Source: Eledone cirrhosa (Eukaryota). From it: DNA of 64,000 bases. The DNA lies in assembly GCA_964016885.1 (NCBI GenBank), contig OZ024740.1, positions 2,480,001-2,544,000 on the forward strand, given 5' to 3'. Position 1 is the first letter of the stretch. Every line of letters starts with the position of its first letter. A program made the position numbers and the translations under genes. Shown one piece after another: positions 1 to 11,418 of this stretch. The notes beneath the pieces were generated by a model. That model was not told where the DNA came from and searched no databases. It saw only the letters and a program-made list of their open reading frames with translations.

Positions 1-3000
1 GTCACAATAACAAGTACCCAGCCCACACTATAAAGTGGTCATGTAGGTGTCACAATCACAAGTACCCAGTCCACACTGTAAAGTGGTCATGTAGGTGTCA
101 CAATAAAAAGTACCCAGCCCACACTATAAAGTGGTCATGTAGGTGTCACAATAAAAAGTATCCAGCCCTCACCGTAAAGTGGTCATGAAGGTGTCACAAT
201 AAAAAGTATCCAGCCCACACTGTAAAGGGGTCATGTAGGTGTCACAATAAAAAGTATCCAGCCCACACTATAAAGTGGTCATGTAGGTGTCACAATAAAA
301 AGTACCCAGCCCACACTATAAAGTGGTCATGTAGGTGTCACAATAAAAAGTACCCAGTCCACACTATAAAGTGGTCATGTAGGTGTCACAATAAAAAGTA
401 TCCAGCCCACACTGTAAAGTGGTCATGTAGGTGTCACAATAAAAAGTATCCAGTCCACACTGTAAAGTGGTCATGTAGGTGTCACAATAAAAAGTATCCA
501 GTCCACACTGTAAAGTGGTCATGTAGGTGTCACAATAACAAGTACCCAGTCCACACTGTAAAGTGGTCATGTAGGTGTCACAATAAAAAATGCCCAGCCC
601 ACACTATAAAGTGGTCATGTAGGTGTCACAATAACAAGTACCCAGCCCACACTATAAAGTGGTCATGTAGGTGTCACAATCACATGTACCCAGCCCAAAC
701 TGTAAAGTGGTCATGTAGGTGTCACAATAAAAAGTACCTGGTCCTCACTATAAAGTGGTCATGTAGGTGTCACAATAAAAAGTACCCAGTCCACACTATA
801 AAGTGGTCATGTAGGTGTCACAATAAAAAGTATCCAGTCCACACTGTAAAGTGGTCATGTAGGTGACACAATAAAAAATATCCAGTCCACACTGTAAAGT
901 GGTCATGTAGGTGTCACAATAAAAAGTATCCAGTCCACACTGTAAAGTGGTCATGTAGGTGTCACAATAAAAAGTATCCAGCCCACACTGTAAAGTGGTC
1001 ATGTAGGTGTCACAATAAAAAGTATCCAGTCCACACTGTAAAGTGGTCATGTAGGTGTCACAATAAAAAGTATCCAGTCCACACTGTAAAGTGGTCATGT
1101 AGGTGTCACAATAAAAAGTATCCAGTCCACACTGTAAAGTGGTCATGTAGGTGTCACAATAAAAAGTATCCAGCCCACACTGTAAAGTGGTCATGTAGGT
1201 GTCACAATAAAAAGTATCCAGTCCACACTGTAAAGTGGTCATGTAGGTGTCACAATAAAAAGTATCCAGTCCACACTGTAAAGTGGTCATGTAGGTGTCA
1301 CAATAAAAAGTACCTGGTCCTCACTATAAAGTTGTCATGTAGGGTCACAATAAAAAGTATCCAGTCCACACTGTAAAGTGGTCCTGTAGGTGTCACAATA
1401 AAAAGTATCCAGTCCACACTGTAAAGTGGTCATGTAGGTGTCACAATAAAAAGTACCTGGTCCTCACTATAAAGTTGTCATGTAGGTGTCACAATAAAAA
1501 GTACCCAGTCCACACTGTAAAGTGGTCATGTAGGTGTCACAATAAAAAGTATCCAGTCCACACTGTAAAGTGGTCATGTAGGTGTCACAATAAAAAGTAT
1601 CCAGTCCACACTGTAAAGTGGTCATGCAGGTGTCACAATAAAAAGTACCTGTTCCTCACTATAAAGTGGTCATATAGGTGTCACAATAACAAGTATCCAG
1701 CCCACACTGTAAAGTGGTTATGTAGGTGTCACAATAAAAAGTACCTGGTCCTCATTATAAAGTGGTCATGTAGGTGTCACAATAAAAAGTACCCAGCCCA
1801 CACTGTAAAGTGGTCGTGTAGGTGTCACAATAAAAAGTACCTGGTCCTCACTATAAAGTGGTCATGTAGGTGTCACAATAAAAAGTACCCAGTCCACACT
1901 GTAAAGTGGTCATGTAGGTGTCACAATAAAAAGTACCCAGTCCACACTGTAAAGTGGTCATGTAGGTGTCTCAATAAAATGTACCTGGTCCTCACTATAA
2001 AGTGGTCATGTAGGTGTCACAATAAAAAGTACGCAGCCCACACTGTAAAGTGCTCATGTAGGTGCCACAATAAAAAGTACCCAGCCCACACTGTAAAGTG
2101 GTCATGTAGGTGTCACAATAAAAAGTACGCAGCCCACACTGTAAAGTGGTCATGTAGGTGTCACAATAAAAAGTACCCAGCCCACACTGTAAAGTGGTCA
2201 TGTAGGTGTCACAATAAAAAGTACCCAGCCCACACTGTAAAGTGGTCATGTAGGTGTCACAATAAAAAGTACGCAGCCCACACTGTAAAGTGGTCATGTA
2301 GGTGTCACAATAAAAAGTACCCAGCCCACACTGTAAAGTGGTCATGTAGGTGTCACAATAAAAAGTACCTGGTCCTCACTATAAAGTGGTCATGTAGGTG
2401 CCACAATAAAAAGTACCCAGCCCACACTGTAAAGTGGTCATGTAGGTGCCACAATAAAAAGTACGCAGCCCACACTGTAAAGTGGTCATGTAGGTGTCAC
2501 AATAAAAAGTACCCAGCCCACACTGTAAAGTGGTCCTGTAGGTGTCACAATAAAAAGTACCTGGTCCTCACTATAAAGTGGTCATGTAGGTGCCACAATA
2601 AAAAGTACCGAGCCCACACTGTAAAGTGGTCATGTAGGTGTCACAATAAAAAGTACCCAGCCCACACTGTAAAGTGGTCATGTAGGTGTCACAATAAAAA
2701 GTACGCAGCCCACACTGTAAAGTGGTCATGTAGGTGTCACAATAAAAAGTACCCAGCCCACACTGTAAAGTGGTCATGTAGGTGTCACAATAAAAAGTAC
2801 CTGGTCCTCACTATAAAGTGGTCATGTAGGTGCCACAATAAAAAGTACCCAGCCCACACTGTAAAGTGGTCATGTAGGTGCCACAATAAAAAGTACGCAG
2901 CCCACACTGTAAAGTGGTCATGTAGGTGTCACAATAAAAAGTATCCAGTCCACACTGTAAAGTGGTCATGTAGGTGTCACAATAAAAAGTACCTGGTCCT

Positions 3001-3152
3001 CACTATAAAGTGGTCATGTAGGTGCCACAATAAAAAGTACCCAGCCCACACTGTAAAGTGGTCATGTAGGTGCCACAATAAAAAGTACGCAGCCCACACT
3101 GTAAAGTGATCATGTAGGTGTCACAATAAAAAGTACCTGGTCCTCACTATAA
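1..3152 (+). repeat. 48-bp tandem array (~65 units) expanded from an RTE LINE 3' UTR motif
   Basis: Unit GTCACAATAAAAAGTACCCAGCCCACACTGTAAAGTGGTCATGTAGGT. It runs directly into the RTE/SINE 3' tail, and 2-3 related units occur in the RTE 3' UTR at ~35160-35285. Truncated by the window start. Confidence 0.95.
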
Positions 3153-3316
3153 ATGTGGTTGGCGTCAGGAAGGGCATCTAGCTGTAGAAACAAAGTTAAA
3201 ATCAGTTCTGTGGGAACAAGACATGGTCCTTCGACTTGGATCTCTCACAACAGGACAGCACGTCATACCCATGCTAACGTGGAAAATAGATGTTAAAAGA
3301 TGATGATGATGATGAG
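3153..3316 (+). mobile_element. RTE/SINE 3' tail ending in (GAT)n
   Basis: GTGGTTGGCGTCAGGAAGGGCATC...CCCATGCTAACGTGGAAAATAGATGTTAAAA(GAT)n, the same tail as the RTE copies ending near 11417 and 35436. Confidence 0.85.
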
Positions 3317-3657
3317 GAGGAGGTGTAGATTCTCCTTTTTAAATAGCCACATACATATATTGTATACATAGAAACACACCTGCAGGGTCATACACAGTCT
3401 ATATTCAACTACACACTCATGCATTCATTATATATACACACATACACACAGATGCACTTTAATGGGCCCATGCACACACACGCACTCACACACACAGATG
3501 TACTTTAATAGGCCCAAGCACTCACACACACACATATACATAGAGACATTAAAATATCAGAATTATATATATATACACACACACATATACATAGAGACAT
3601 TTTATGTATATATATATATACACACATACATACACATAGAGACATTAAAATATCAGA

Positions 3658-3745
<88 letters not shown>

Positions 3746-3825
3746 CATACATATACATAGAGACATTAAAATATCAGAATTATATATATGTATACATATA
3801 TATAATGGCTGCCCCACCCCACCCA

Positions 3826-4437
3826 CCCCGTTATCGAGTATGGCCATTGCACGATATACCATTATTAATAATTATTAATTAATTCTATCGTGCAATGCCT
3901 GTGCGTGAAGATATTTTTTAAAGTGAGGAAAGACTGTGCACTGAGCCAATCCCATCTCTGAGTGACAGTAGCTATAACACGAAAAGAAGAAAAGATCAAC
4001 AGCATCGGTAACTACTGAGCCGCAGGTTTTATATCAGAGTTATCCCAGTCTCCTGAGTTACCTTCTCCTAGAAGAATGCCCTGACAAAGGCTAGGGGTCA
4101 TTCTCTCCCAGTGGTTTAACCGCGTGATCGGGTGTCCAGCCCGACTATTTCTATGTCCCCGCGCATATACATACACATGCACCCATGTATATACACATAT
4201 ACATATACATACATATGTACATGTGTATATACATATTTACACACTTTTAGATGGCCGTTGACTCTTATGAGTTCTTCCGCCCTTTGTCAGGTTTTGTTTT
4301 TTGTCCTGCAGGGAGTCCAAAATCCCCCTCCTCACCAAGTAAACTTGGTGGGGTTGCCGGTTTAGTCGCCGACGACCTGACCATGCAACAGGTTGTACTG
4401 GGTTACATGTTACCAGTAGCACTCGAGAGTGACTCGA
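3826..4437 (-). mobile_element. Two non-coding TE fragments, possibly RTE-type 5' UTR pieces
   Basis: GC-richer islands (3826-4165, 4250-4437) between microsatellites with local hairpins. The resemblance to RTE 5' UTR sequence is recalled, not searched. Confidence 0.3.
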
Positions 4438-4490
4438 TATATATATATATATATACACACACATACATAGAGACATTAAAATATCAAAAT

Positions 4491-4525
<35 letters not shown>

Positions 4526-4554
4526 ACATATACATAGAGACATTAAAATATCAG

Positions 4555-4611
<57 letters not shown>

Positions 4612-4616
<5 letters not shown>

Positions 4617-5168
4617 ACTAGAAATTGATTGACATATATATATATTTAAAATAAACATATGAAACAATCATAGGGGATAATTTGTAAAGTGTGTAATCGC
4701 ACAGAGCTTGGTAGGTAACTAATTAAAGTTTAACTAGAGCTTCAAATATTACCTTTTAAAACATGATTAATCCTCCTTGTATATATTTAATTAAAGAAAT
4801 ATATTTCACCATTAATCCGTAAAGTCACAGTATTAAAACACGAATCTTCAGCAAGGGGGAAGATTTAACTATCTGTGTTTACACATCAAATGTAAATCTG
4901 CGAGTGACCAATCGCACGTGTTGCAATTCTAAAACTACTAACAACATGCTAGCGTCATCCCAGTGGCGTGAATAGGTGAAATATATTTCTTTAATACAAG
5001 GAAGATTAATCATTTTTTAAAAGGTAATATTTGTAGCTCTAGTTAAACTTTAATTAGTTACCTACCAAGCTCTGTGCGATTACACACTTTACAAATTATC
5101 CCCTGTGATTGTTTCATATGTTTATTTTAAATATATATATATATGTCAATCAATTTCTAGTTGATATA
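4612..5168. mobile_element. Fold-back element (~200-bp inverted arms) with HHR, in (TA)n
   Basis: 4612-4810 is the reverse complement of 4975-5168; the HHR at 4775-4856 (-) spans the left arm and spacer. Confidence 0.8.
4775..4856 (-). ncRNA. Type I hammerhead ribozyme motif
   Basis: Stem I CCUUG/CAAGG, core CUGAAGA...GAAA, stem III AUAUAUUU/AAAUAUAU, AUA cleavage triplet. Stem II is irregular. Confidence 0.6.
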
Positions 5169-5284
5169 AAATGCTCGGATCTGTTCATTGGAATCTTTGA
5201 GCATATTCTACGGTGGATATGGCGCATGTCTCGGACATGACTCCCTTAATTTAATTTAATTAAATTAATTTTGGATATATATAT

Positions 5285-7517
5285 GGTGGTGGAGAGAGCG
5301 ATGTAAGTGAGCGTACGTTGAGATGCGTGGCGTCTATAAGACTGTAGCGTGTAGAGGAATGAAGGAAAGAGCGTAAAGGATAAAAATAAAAATAAAAATA
5401 AAAACACGAGATAGAGTTACCTTGGGAGAGATTTAACTGTCCCTATATATTTCGGATTCACATCCATCAACTGGGGTTTTTTCCGGGGGTGGGGTGGGGG
5501 TGGGGGTTTGTCTGTCGGAAAGGTGCGAAACGTGTCCTCCGCTGTTTGTTGTTTTGAATATCTGAGGTATTCAGCAGAACGCGCGTGCGCGTGAAATGGG
5601 GTCGGTCAGGCAGAGGTCAGCGGCCGAAGTAGTTCTTTCAATTGTGGGAGTGGGGTGGCGCTAGCTCTCAGTCCATATTATTCTCTGCCGGTTTGGTGAA
5701 TGTTACTGTGTGTGTGTGTGTGTGTGCGTGTGTTGTTGTCTCGCTTGAGTGTGTGTGCGTGTGTTGTTGCCTTGTTCCTCTGTATTGGCAGTGTAGTATG
5801 TTCGTATGGTGGAATGCTACTGTGTGTGTGTGTGTGTATGTGTGCGTGTGTTGCTGTCTCGCTTGTGTGTGTGTGTGCGTGTGTTGCTGCATCGTTTTTT
5901 AACTTAAACCAACCCCCTCATTTCACTTCTCTCGGATCGGTTGTTTAATTGTGGCCCTAGGCGTTTGATCCAAAGTGCCGACGTTTCTTTCTCTCGCAAG
6001 AATTGTGACAATGGGCCTTCCGTCTTTGTTTCCGGAAAGACGAGGCCCTGGTGCCAGTATGCTCCTTGATCCGGATGTGCTACGGCCAGATTGTGCGACC
6101 TATATAGTATTGGTTGTACTTGTTACATTCTATCTTATACACGACGTATGTGCGTAGGCAACAGTTCGCATGGCGCATCGGGCAGTCTCTAAGGGAGCAC
6201 GCGTCAGTTGATTTCCCGGGTTTCCTGGAAAGGCATCTTCGCAGGGAGGGGCCCGAGTGGGCCAGGTGGATGTCGAGGCCCTCCCTCCGTATAGCCTTGC
6301 AGATAGCGTTGGTGGTATTCTCGCCCAGGTGTGGCATTTTAAGGAAACACTTGCCTTGGGTGCCTCTATGTCTCTTGCGTCTGGTGTCTCCTACTCTGTC
6401 TGTGAGCGAGGTAGGGTACCCGTTAGTCTCCAGCACCTCGAGGAATCGCTTGGTATGAGTGACACCACTCGCGGGATCGCTGCATCTGTTTTTGAATCGC
6501 ACGATCTCGATCGTTATATATCCTCTTTTGGCACTGTTAGGGAGGGCGGACTTGTAGTGGACGAACAGGTCCCTGCAGGCTGCCTTTCGGTAGAAGTTGC
6601 AGTGGATCCCTCCCTGTTCCGTGATGTTGATTCGGAAGTCGAGGAGGCCAAGTGACCCGTCGTCGTTGGGGTGTTCAACACTGAAGTCAATGTTCTCGTC
6701 CGTGTTGTTGAACGTCTCATAGATTCTGTTCGCCATGTCTTGGGAAGATGTGAGGATGAGGATATCGTCCACGTACCTTGAGAAAAAGGCGACGGCGTTG
6801 GGGTGGCAGGCGTTGAGTGCCTTGTGCTCGAGGCTGTCCATGTAAGAGATCGCTAGCACACCCGACAGGCTTGATTCCATGGGCAGTCCCGAGGTTTGTT
6901 GGTATGTTTGGTCAAGGAATCCGAAGTAGGTGTTGTCGACGATGATGGATATAAGTTGGTGGATGTCAGTGGTGGTGAGCCCGAAGCAGTGTAAGTCGGT
7001 GGATTGGACGCGTTCCATCAGTATATTGACGGCCGGGAGTGCCGGGACCGAGGTGTAGAGAGCGACTACATCAAGGCTGAAGGCATATCTGTTATTCTTT
7101 CTGGTGTCGGGATCCATTTGATGCAGGCGCTTCAACACCTCCTCGGAGCTGTTAACGTGTCCCGGCGAGGTGTCTAAGATGGGTTTGAGTATTCTGGCTA
7201 GGAGCCATGAAATTTTGTAGAGTGGTCCTTCCACGCTCGATACAATGGGCCTGATCTTCAGGTCGGGTCCCTGTTTGTGTGTTTTCACGAGATGGTAGAA
7301 GGCGGGTAGTCTGCTGTTCCTCGTGGTGGTAGAAGGCGGGTAGTCTGCTGTTCCGAAATGTATAGGGACAATTAAATCTCTCCCAAGGTAACTCTATCTC
7401 GTGTTTTTATTTTTATTTTTATCCTTTACGCTCTTTCCTTCATTCCTCTACACGCTACAGTCTTATACACGCCACACATCTCAACGTACACCCACTTACA
7501 TCTCTCTCTCCACCACC
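5285..7517 (-). mobile_element. 5'-truncated Penelope-like element with inverted pLTR
   Basis: RT plus GIY-YIG ORF; 5285-5456 is inverted at 7352-7517; degenerate HHR (CAGUUGA...GAAAUAUAUA) at 5441-5475 (-). Confidence 0.9.
6080..7288 (-). pseudogene. PLE reverse transcriptase / GIY-YIG endonuclease ORF (N-truncated, premature stop)
   Basis: KTHK..IRPIVS, SLDVVALYTSVP, QTSGLPMESSLS, RYVDD, LLDF, VVYKIEC...YYIGRT. Confidence 0.92.
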
Positions 7518-7680
7518 GGATCTTGTTACCCGGAGATTGACTCATCTGCATTGTCGAGGCTTCCAAATGACTTAAAGAAATTTACCTTATTATTCCACAA
7601 TGCTTCAAGCAAACTTCAATACTCTCTTATATATATATATATATATATATATCATCTTATATATATATATATATATATAT

Positions 7681-8208
7681 CATCATCATCATCATCACCG
7701 TTTTACGTCCGTTCTTCCATGCTAGCATGAGTTAGACGGGTTGTTCAGTTGTGGGCAGTGTCTGGTTGGCTGACCTTGTCTTGCTCATACGGGAACTGAT
7801 TCTGGCTTGATTTTTACAGTTGGATGCCCTTCCTAACACCAACCTCATTTACAGTGAGTGCTTGGTGCTTTTTTTCTGTGGTGCCTACACGTCCACTTTA
7901 CAGTGTGGGCTGGGTGCTTTTTTGCCGTGGCACCTCCACGACCACTTTGCAGTGGGAGGGTGTGGGTGCATATCGTCTATATGCTTCAGCTTGCACCCAT
8001 GGGAGGTCGGGTACTCTGTGTTACTGTGTGATGCCAGAGGTCACGGTCGTGTGTCATCGCCTTTGAGAGGTGTAATTGAGTAAGGTCGACTTTTATCACC
8101 TCATCCCAGGTCTTCTTGGGTCTCCCCACTCCGCGGTTTCCATCGATTTCTATGCAGCTGTCTTCCTTCATACGCATCACATGTCCATACCAACGCAACC
8201 GCCTCTCC
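7681..8208 (-). mobile_element. RTE LINE 3' fragment with (GAT)n tail
   Basis: RWYGHVMRMKEDSC...GRPKKTWDEVIK, followed by the shared 3' UTR. Confidence 0.88.
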
Positions 8209-9780
8209 TACGTTTATGATATAAACATCGTAGTAAAAACAGCCCCACTAGAGAACAATCAGGAATTAGAGAAAAACACCATGGAAAGCATCCAGCAAAT
8301 AACTAACTCCATCCACCAGAGTATTAGAGTTACTATAGACTACCCAAGCAAACACCCCAACCATCGATTACCTGTACTAGACACAGAGCTCTGGTTAGAT
8401 ACCATTAATAACAAAAAAAAATTCTCCATTCCCATTATGCCAAACCCATGACTTCCAAATATCTGATCCACCGAAACTCAGCTGTTTCGGACCATACCAA
8501 ATTCAACATACTGATTGCGGATTTGGTACGGGTGATGAGAAACGTGTCCCGTATGTGCAACCCCAAAGAACTAGAGAGACACATACAACACTTCATCCAC
8601 CGTATGCAGTTCTCTGGTTACAATCAGAGAGATAAAATCAGAGTATATAGAGGAGCCAGAACCAAATGGGAAAAAATGGTAAATAATGATACAAATGGGA
8701 TCTGCCCCTTGTATAGGAGCAAATTTTGAAATAGAATAGAAAGAACTAGGAATAAGGTTAATAGAATAAACTCATGGTATGATAGCAATAAATACCAGAG
8801 TGTAATGTTCATCAACATAACCCCTAGAGGTGAATTAGCTTACAAATTTAGAAGGACCCTAGATAAACATAAACTCAATATTAAGATAGTAGAAAGACCA
8901 GGTACCTCCATAAAAAACACTTATTAGCAATACATACTCTTTTCAAAGACCTCCCTGTATAGATAAGAAATGTATAATCTGTAAACTAAGCCCCCTTAAA
9001 TGTAAAACTAGAAATGTAGTATATAGCATAAGATGTACTGAAGGACAATGTAGAGATAAGAATATAGTGTACATAGGTGAGACAGCTCGTAGTATAGGAG
9101 AACGGATAAATGAACACTGGCGAGAGCTTCAAGATAGTAAAGAATCATCTGTACTCCACCAACATGCTAAAATAGAACATAAGGGTAAATTAGAGAACAT
9201 AGAAATAAAAATAGAATCTACACACAGAAAAGACGCAATGTTTAGACAAAATCACAGAGGCAATAAACATAAATGAACTCCAACCAAAATTAAATAGAAA
9301 ACATGAATGGAATAGCAACATCACAACTTACAATTAAGGACAAAATGAAAACACACACATAGAACAAACAACCAACCAGTAACATGTAAATAAACAAATA
9401 AATAAACAAATATAAACACACAGACACCCGGATTTAACACATGCGCAAACTAAGCACACAACACACACAAAAACGAGATGGCGTAGGACAGAACAAAGGA
9501 GAGGCACAAAAACAAAGAAAAGAATCCCCAGTCACTGAAGAGGTCACAGAATGTGTGATGAAAGAACTTTGACAATATATGAACAATCGTCTGGTTGTGG
9601 AACCAACCAGCCGGAAATTTATAAATTCCTAAATTTATAAATTTAATTTATAATAAATTGAAGTGAAAGCATCTGGTGCGTGTGTTTCTTATTGGCAACA
9701 TGACCCTCGCAAAGTATAACAATATCGGTTTCAACACACGTTTTCAGTTAAAGAATCTTGCTAAACAAATTCAGAAACGA
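8209..9780 (+). mobile_element. PLE 3' fragment (RT thumb, GIY-YIG, HHR-bearing pLTR)
   Basis: LPVLDTELW, KPMTSKYLIHRNSA, YIGETARSIGERINEH across frameshifted frames; HHR at 9531. Confidence 0.85.
9531..9573 (+). ncRNA. Minimal type I hammerhead motif
   Basis: Stem I GUCA/UGAC, CUGAAGA, stem II GUCACA/UGUGAU, GAAA-GAAC-UU. Confidence 0.7.
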
Positions 9781-9799
9781 AATATATATATATATATAT

Positions 9800-9800
<1 letters not shown>

Positions 9801-9839
<39 letters not shown>

Positions 9840-10208
9840 CCGTTTTTACCTCTGTTCTTCCACGCTAGCTTGGGTTAAACGGGTTGTCCTGTTGTGGGCA
9901 GTGACCGGTCAGCTGACCTTCTCTTGCTCATGGGAACTGATTCTGGCTTGATTTCTACAGCTGGATGCCCTTCCTAACACCAACCTCATTTACAGTGAGT
10001 GCTGGGTGCTTTTTGCCGTGGCACCTCTACGACCATTTTGCAGTTGAATGATATGGACCCCAGTCCCTATCATCTCATTTCTACAGCTGAGTAAACTGGA
10101 GTAATGTGAAATAAAGTGTCTTGCTCAAGGAAACAACACATCACCCGGTCTGAGATTGAACTCACAACCTTTCGATTGCAAGCCCAATGCTCTAACCACT
10201 AAGTCATG

Positions 10209-10210
<2 letters not shown>
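9801..10210 (-). mobile_element. tRNA-derived SINE with RTE-type tail
   Basis: Minus strand reads TGACTTAGTGGTTAGAGC (A box), GAGTTCAATC (B box), CCTTGAGCAAGACACTT core, then the RTE-like tail and (GAT)n. Confidence 0.88.
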
Positions 10211-10294
<84 letters not shown>

Positions 10295-10539
10295 GAGGCA
10301 CTTTTATATATATTACATTCATTTAATTTATTAATTTATTGATATTTTATTTGAGTGACCCGAATCTTCCTGGTCGTTCTTTTTCGGCTGTACGGGTGAT
10401 TTTAGGCATAATCTCTATGTGTTGGTAATTTAACGATAGTTATAGCTCTGATTTATCCAAATTATTGAGCCCTCTGCCACACATGTCGGATATTGTTTAT
10501 CGTGATTTCGTGGGCCGATATTCCGATTCTCGATTATTC

Positions 10540-10617
<78 letters not shown>

Positions 10618-10638
10618 TATATAGTAGAATAATCTGAA

Positions 10639-10710
<72 letters not shown>

Positions 10711-10722
10711 GAATAATCTGAA

Positions 10723-10777
<55 letters not shown>

Positions 10778-10780
<3 letters not shown>

Positions 10781-11137
10781 TCCTCCCGTTTCGTTAGTAG
10801 TGGGGTCCTTTCTTGCTCACATCTCACTCACGACGAACGGTCTGTATTCTGATCGCTCATGAAATTCACCCAGTTTATGCTGACCGGATAACCATGTTGC
10901 TTGTTTTTTTTCCTATCTTCGGTTTGCTTTTATCCTTCTATGTTGTTTACTTGTCTCACTCGCTTTACGCGATTCACTTGTCCCAATAGCTTTTTTTAGT
11001 TATTGCTCGCACCAGCCTGAGGTATATGATTTTTAATGCGATGAAATAACAATGATGGTTGGCAAATCACTGACGAGGGACTAATTTTATAATATGTAGC
11101 CCATGTGCAACCACGCAGTATTCCTCTTTCTTCTCAT

Positions 11138-11140
<3 letters not shown>
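10778..11140. repeat. Unclassified dispersed repeat (second copy ~26778-27138)
   Basis: Near-colinear ~360-bp match between two (TA)n-flanked islands. Confidence 0.8.
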
Positions 11141-11180
<40 letters not shown>

Positions 11181-11184
<4 letters not shown>

Positions 11185-11348
11185 AACCAGTAAGACCCCG
11201 ACAGCTGAGCTCAAGCCGTTTCGACCGTCGAAACGGCTTGAGCTCAGCTGTCGGGGTCTTACTGGTTCCTATTACCCACTCTACTACCTCAAGTATTGAG
11301 TACTTTGGTGCGTTATGGTCCACCTGGTTCCTTACCACTTTTCCTTCG

Positions 11349-11352
<4 letters not shown>
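11181..11352 (+). mobile_element. Hairpin mini-element: fold-back of the 3' half of a HHR pLTR, in (TA)n
   Basis: Perfect ~45-bp arms 11181-11225/11227-11271. The sequence matches 17268-17392; related copies lie at 25760-25918 and 27926-28115. Confidence 0.88.

Positions 11353-11416
<64 letters not shown>

Positions 11417-11418
<2 letters not shown>

Noticed and set aside
1-3152. CRISPR-like array or 544-aa Cys/His-rich ORF
   Set aside because: Head-to-tail units with no unique spacers and no cas genes, in a eukaryotic context. The ORF arises because 48 is a multiple of 3.
11060-11120. CTGACGA / CTGATGA (also ~27067) as a hammerhead core
   Set aside because: No GAAA or stem I partner in register.
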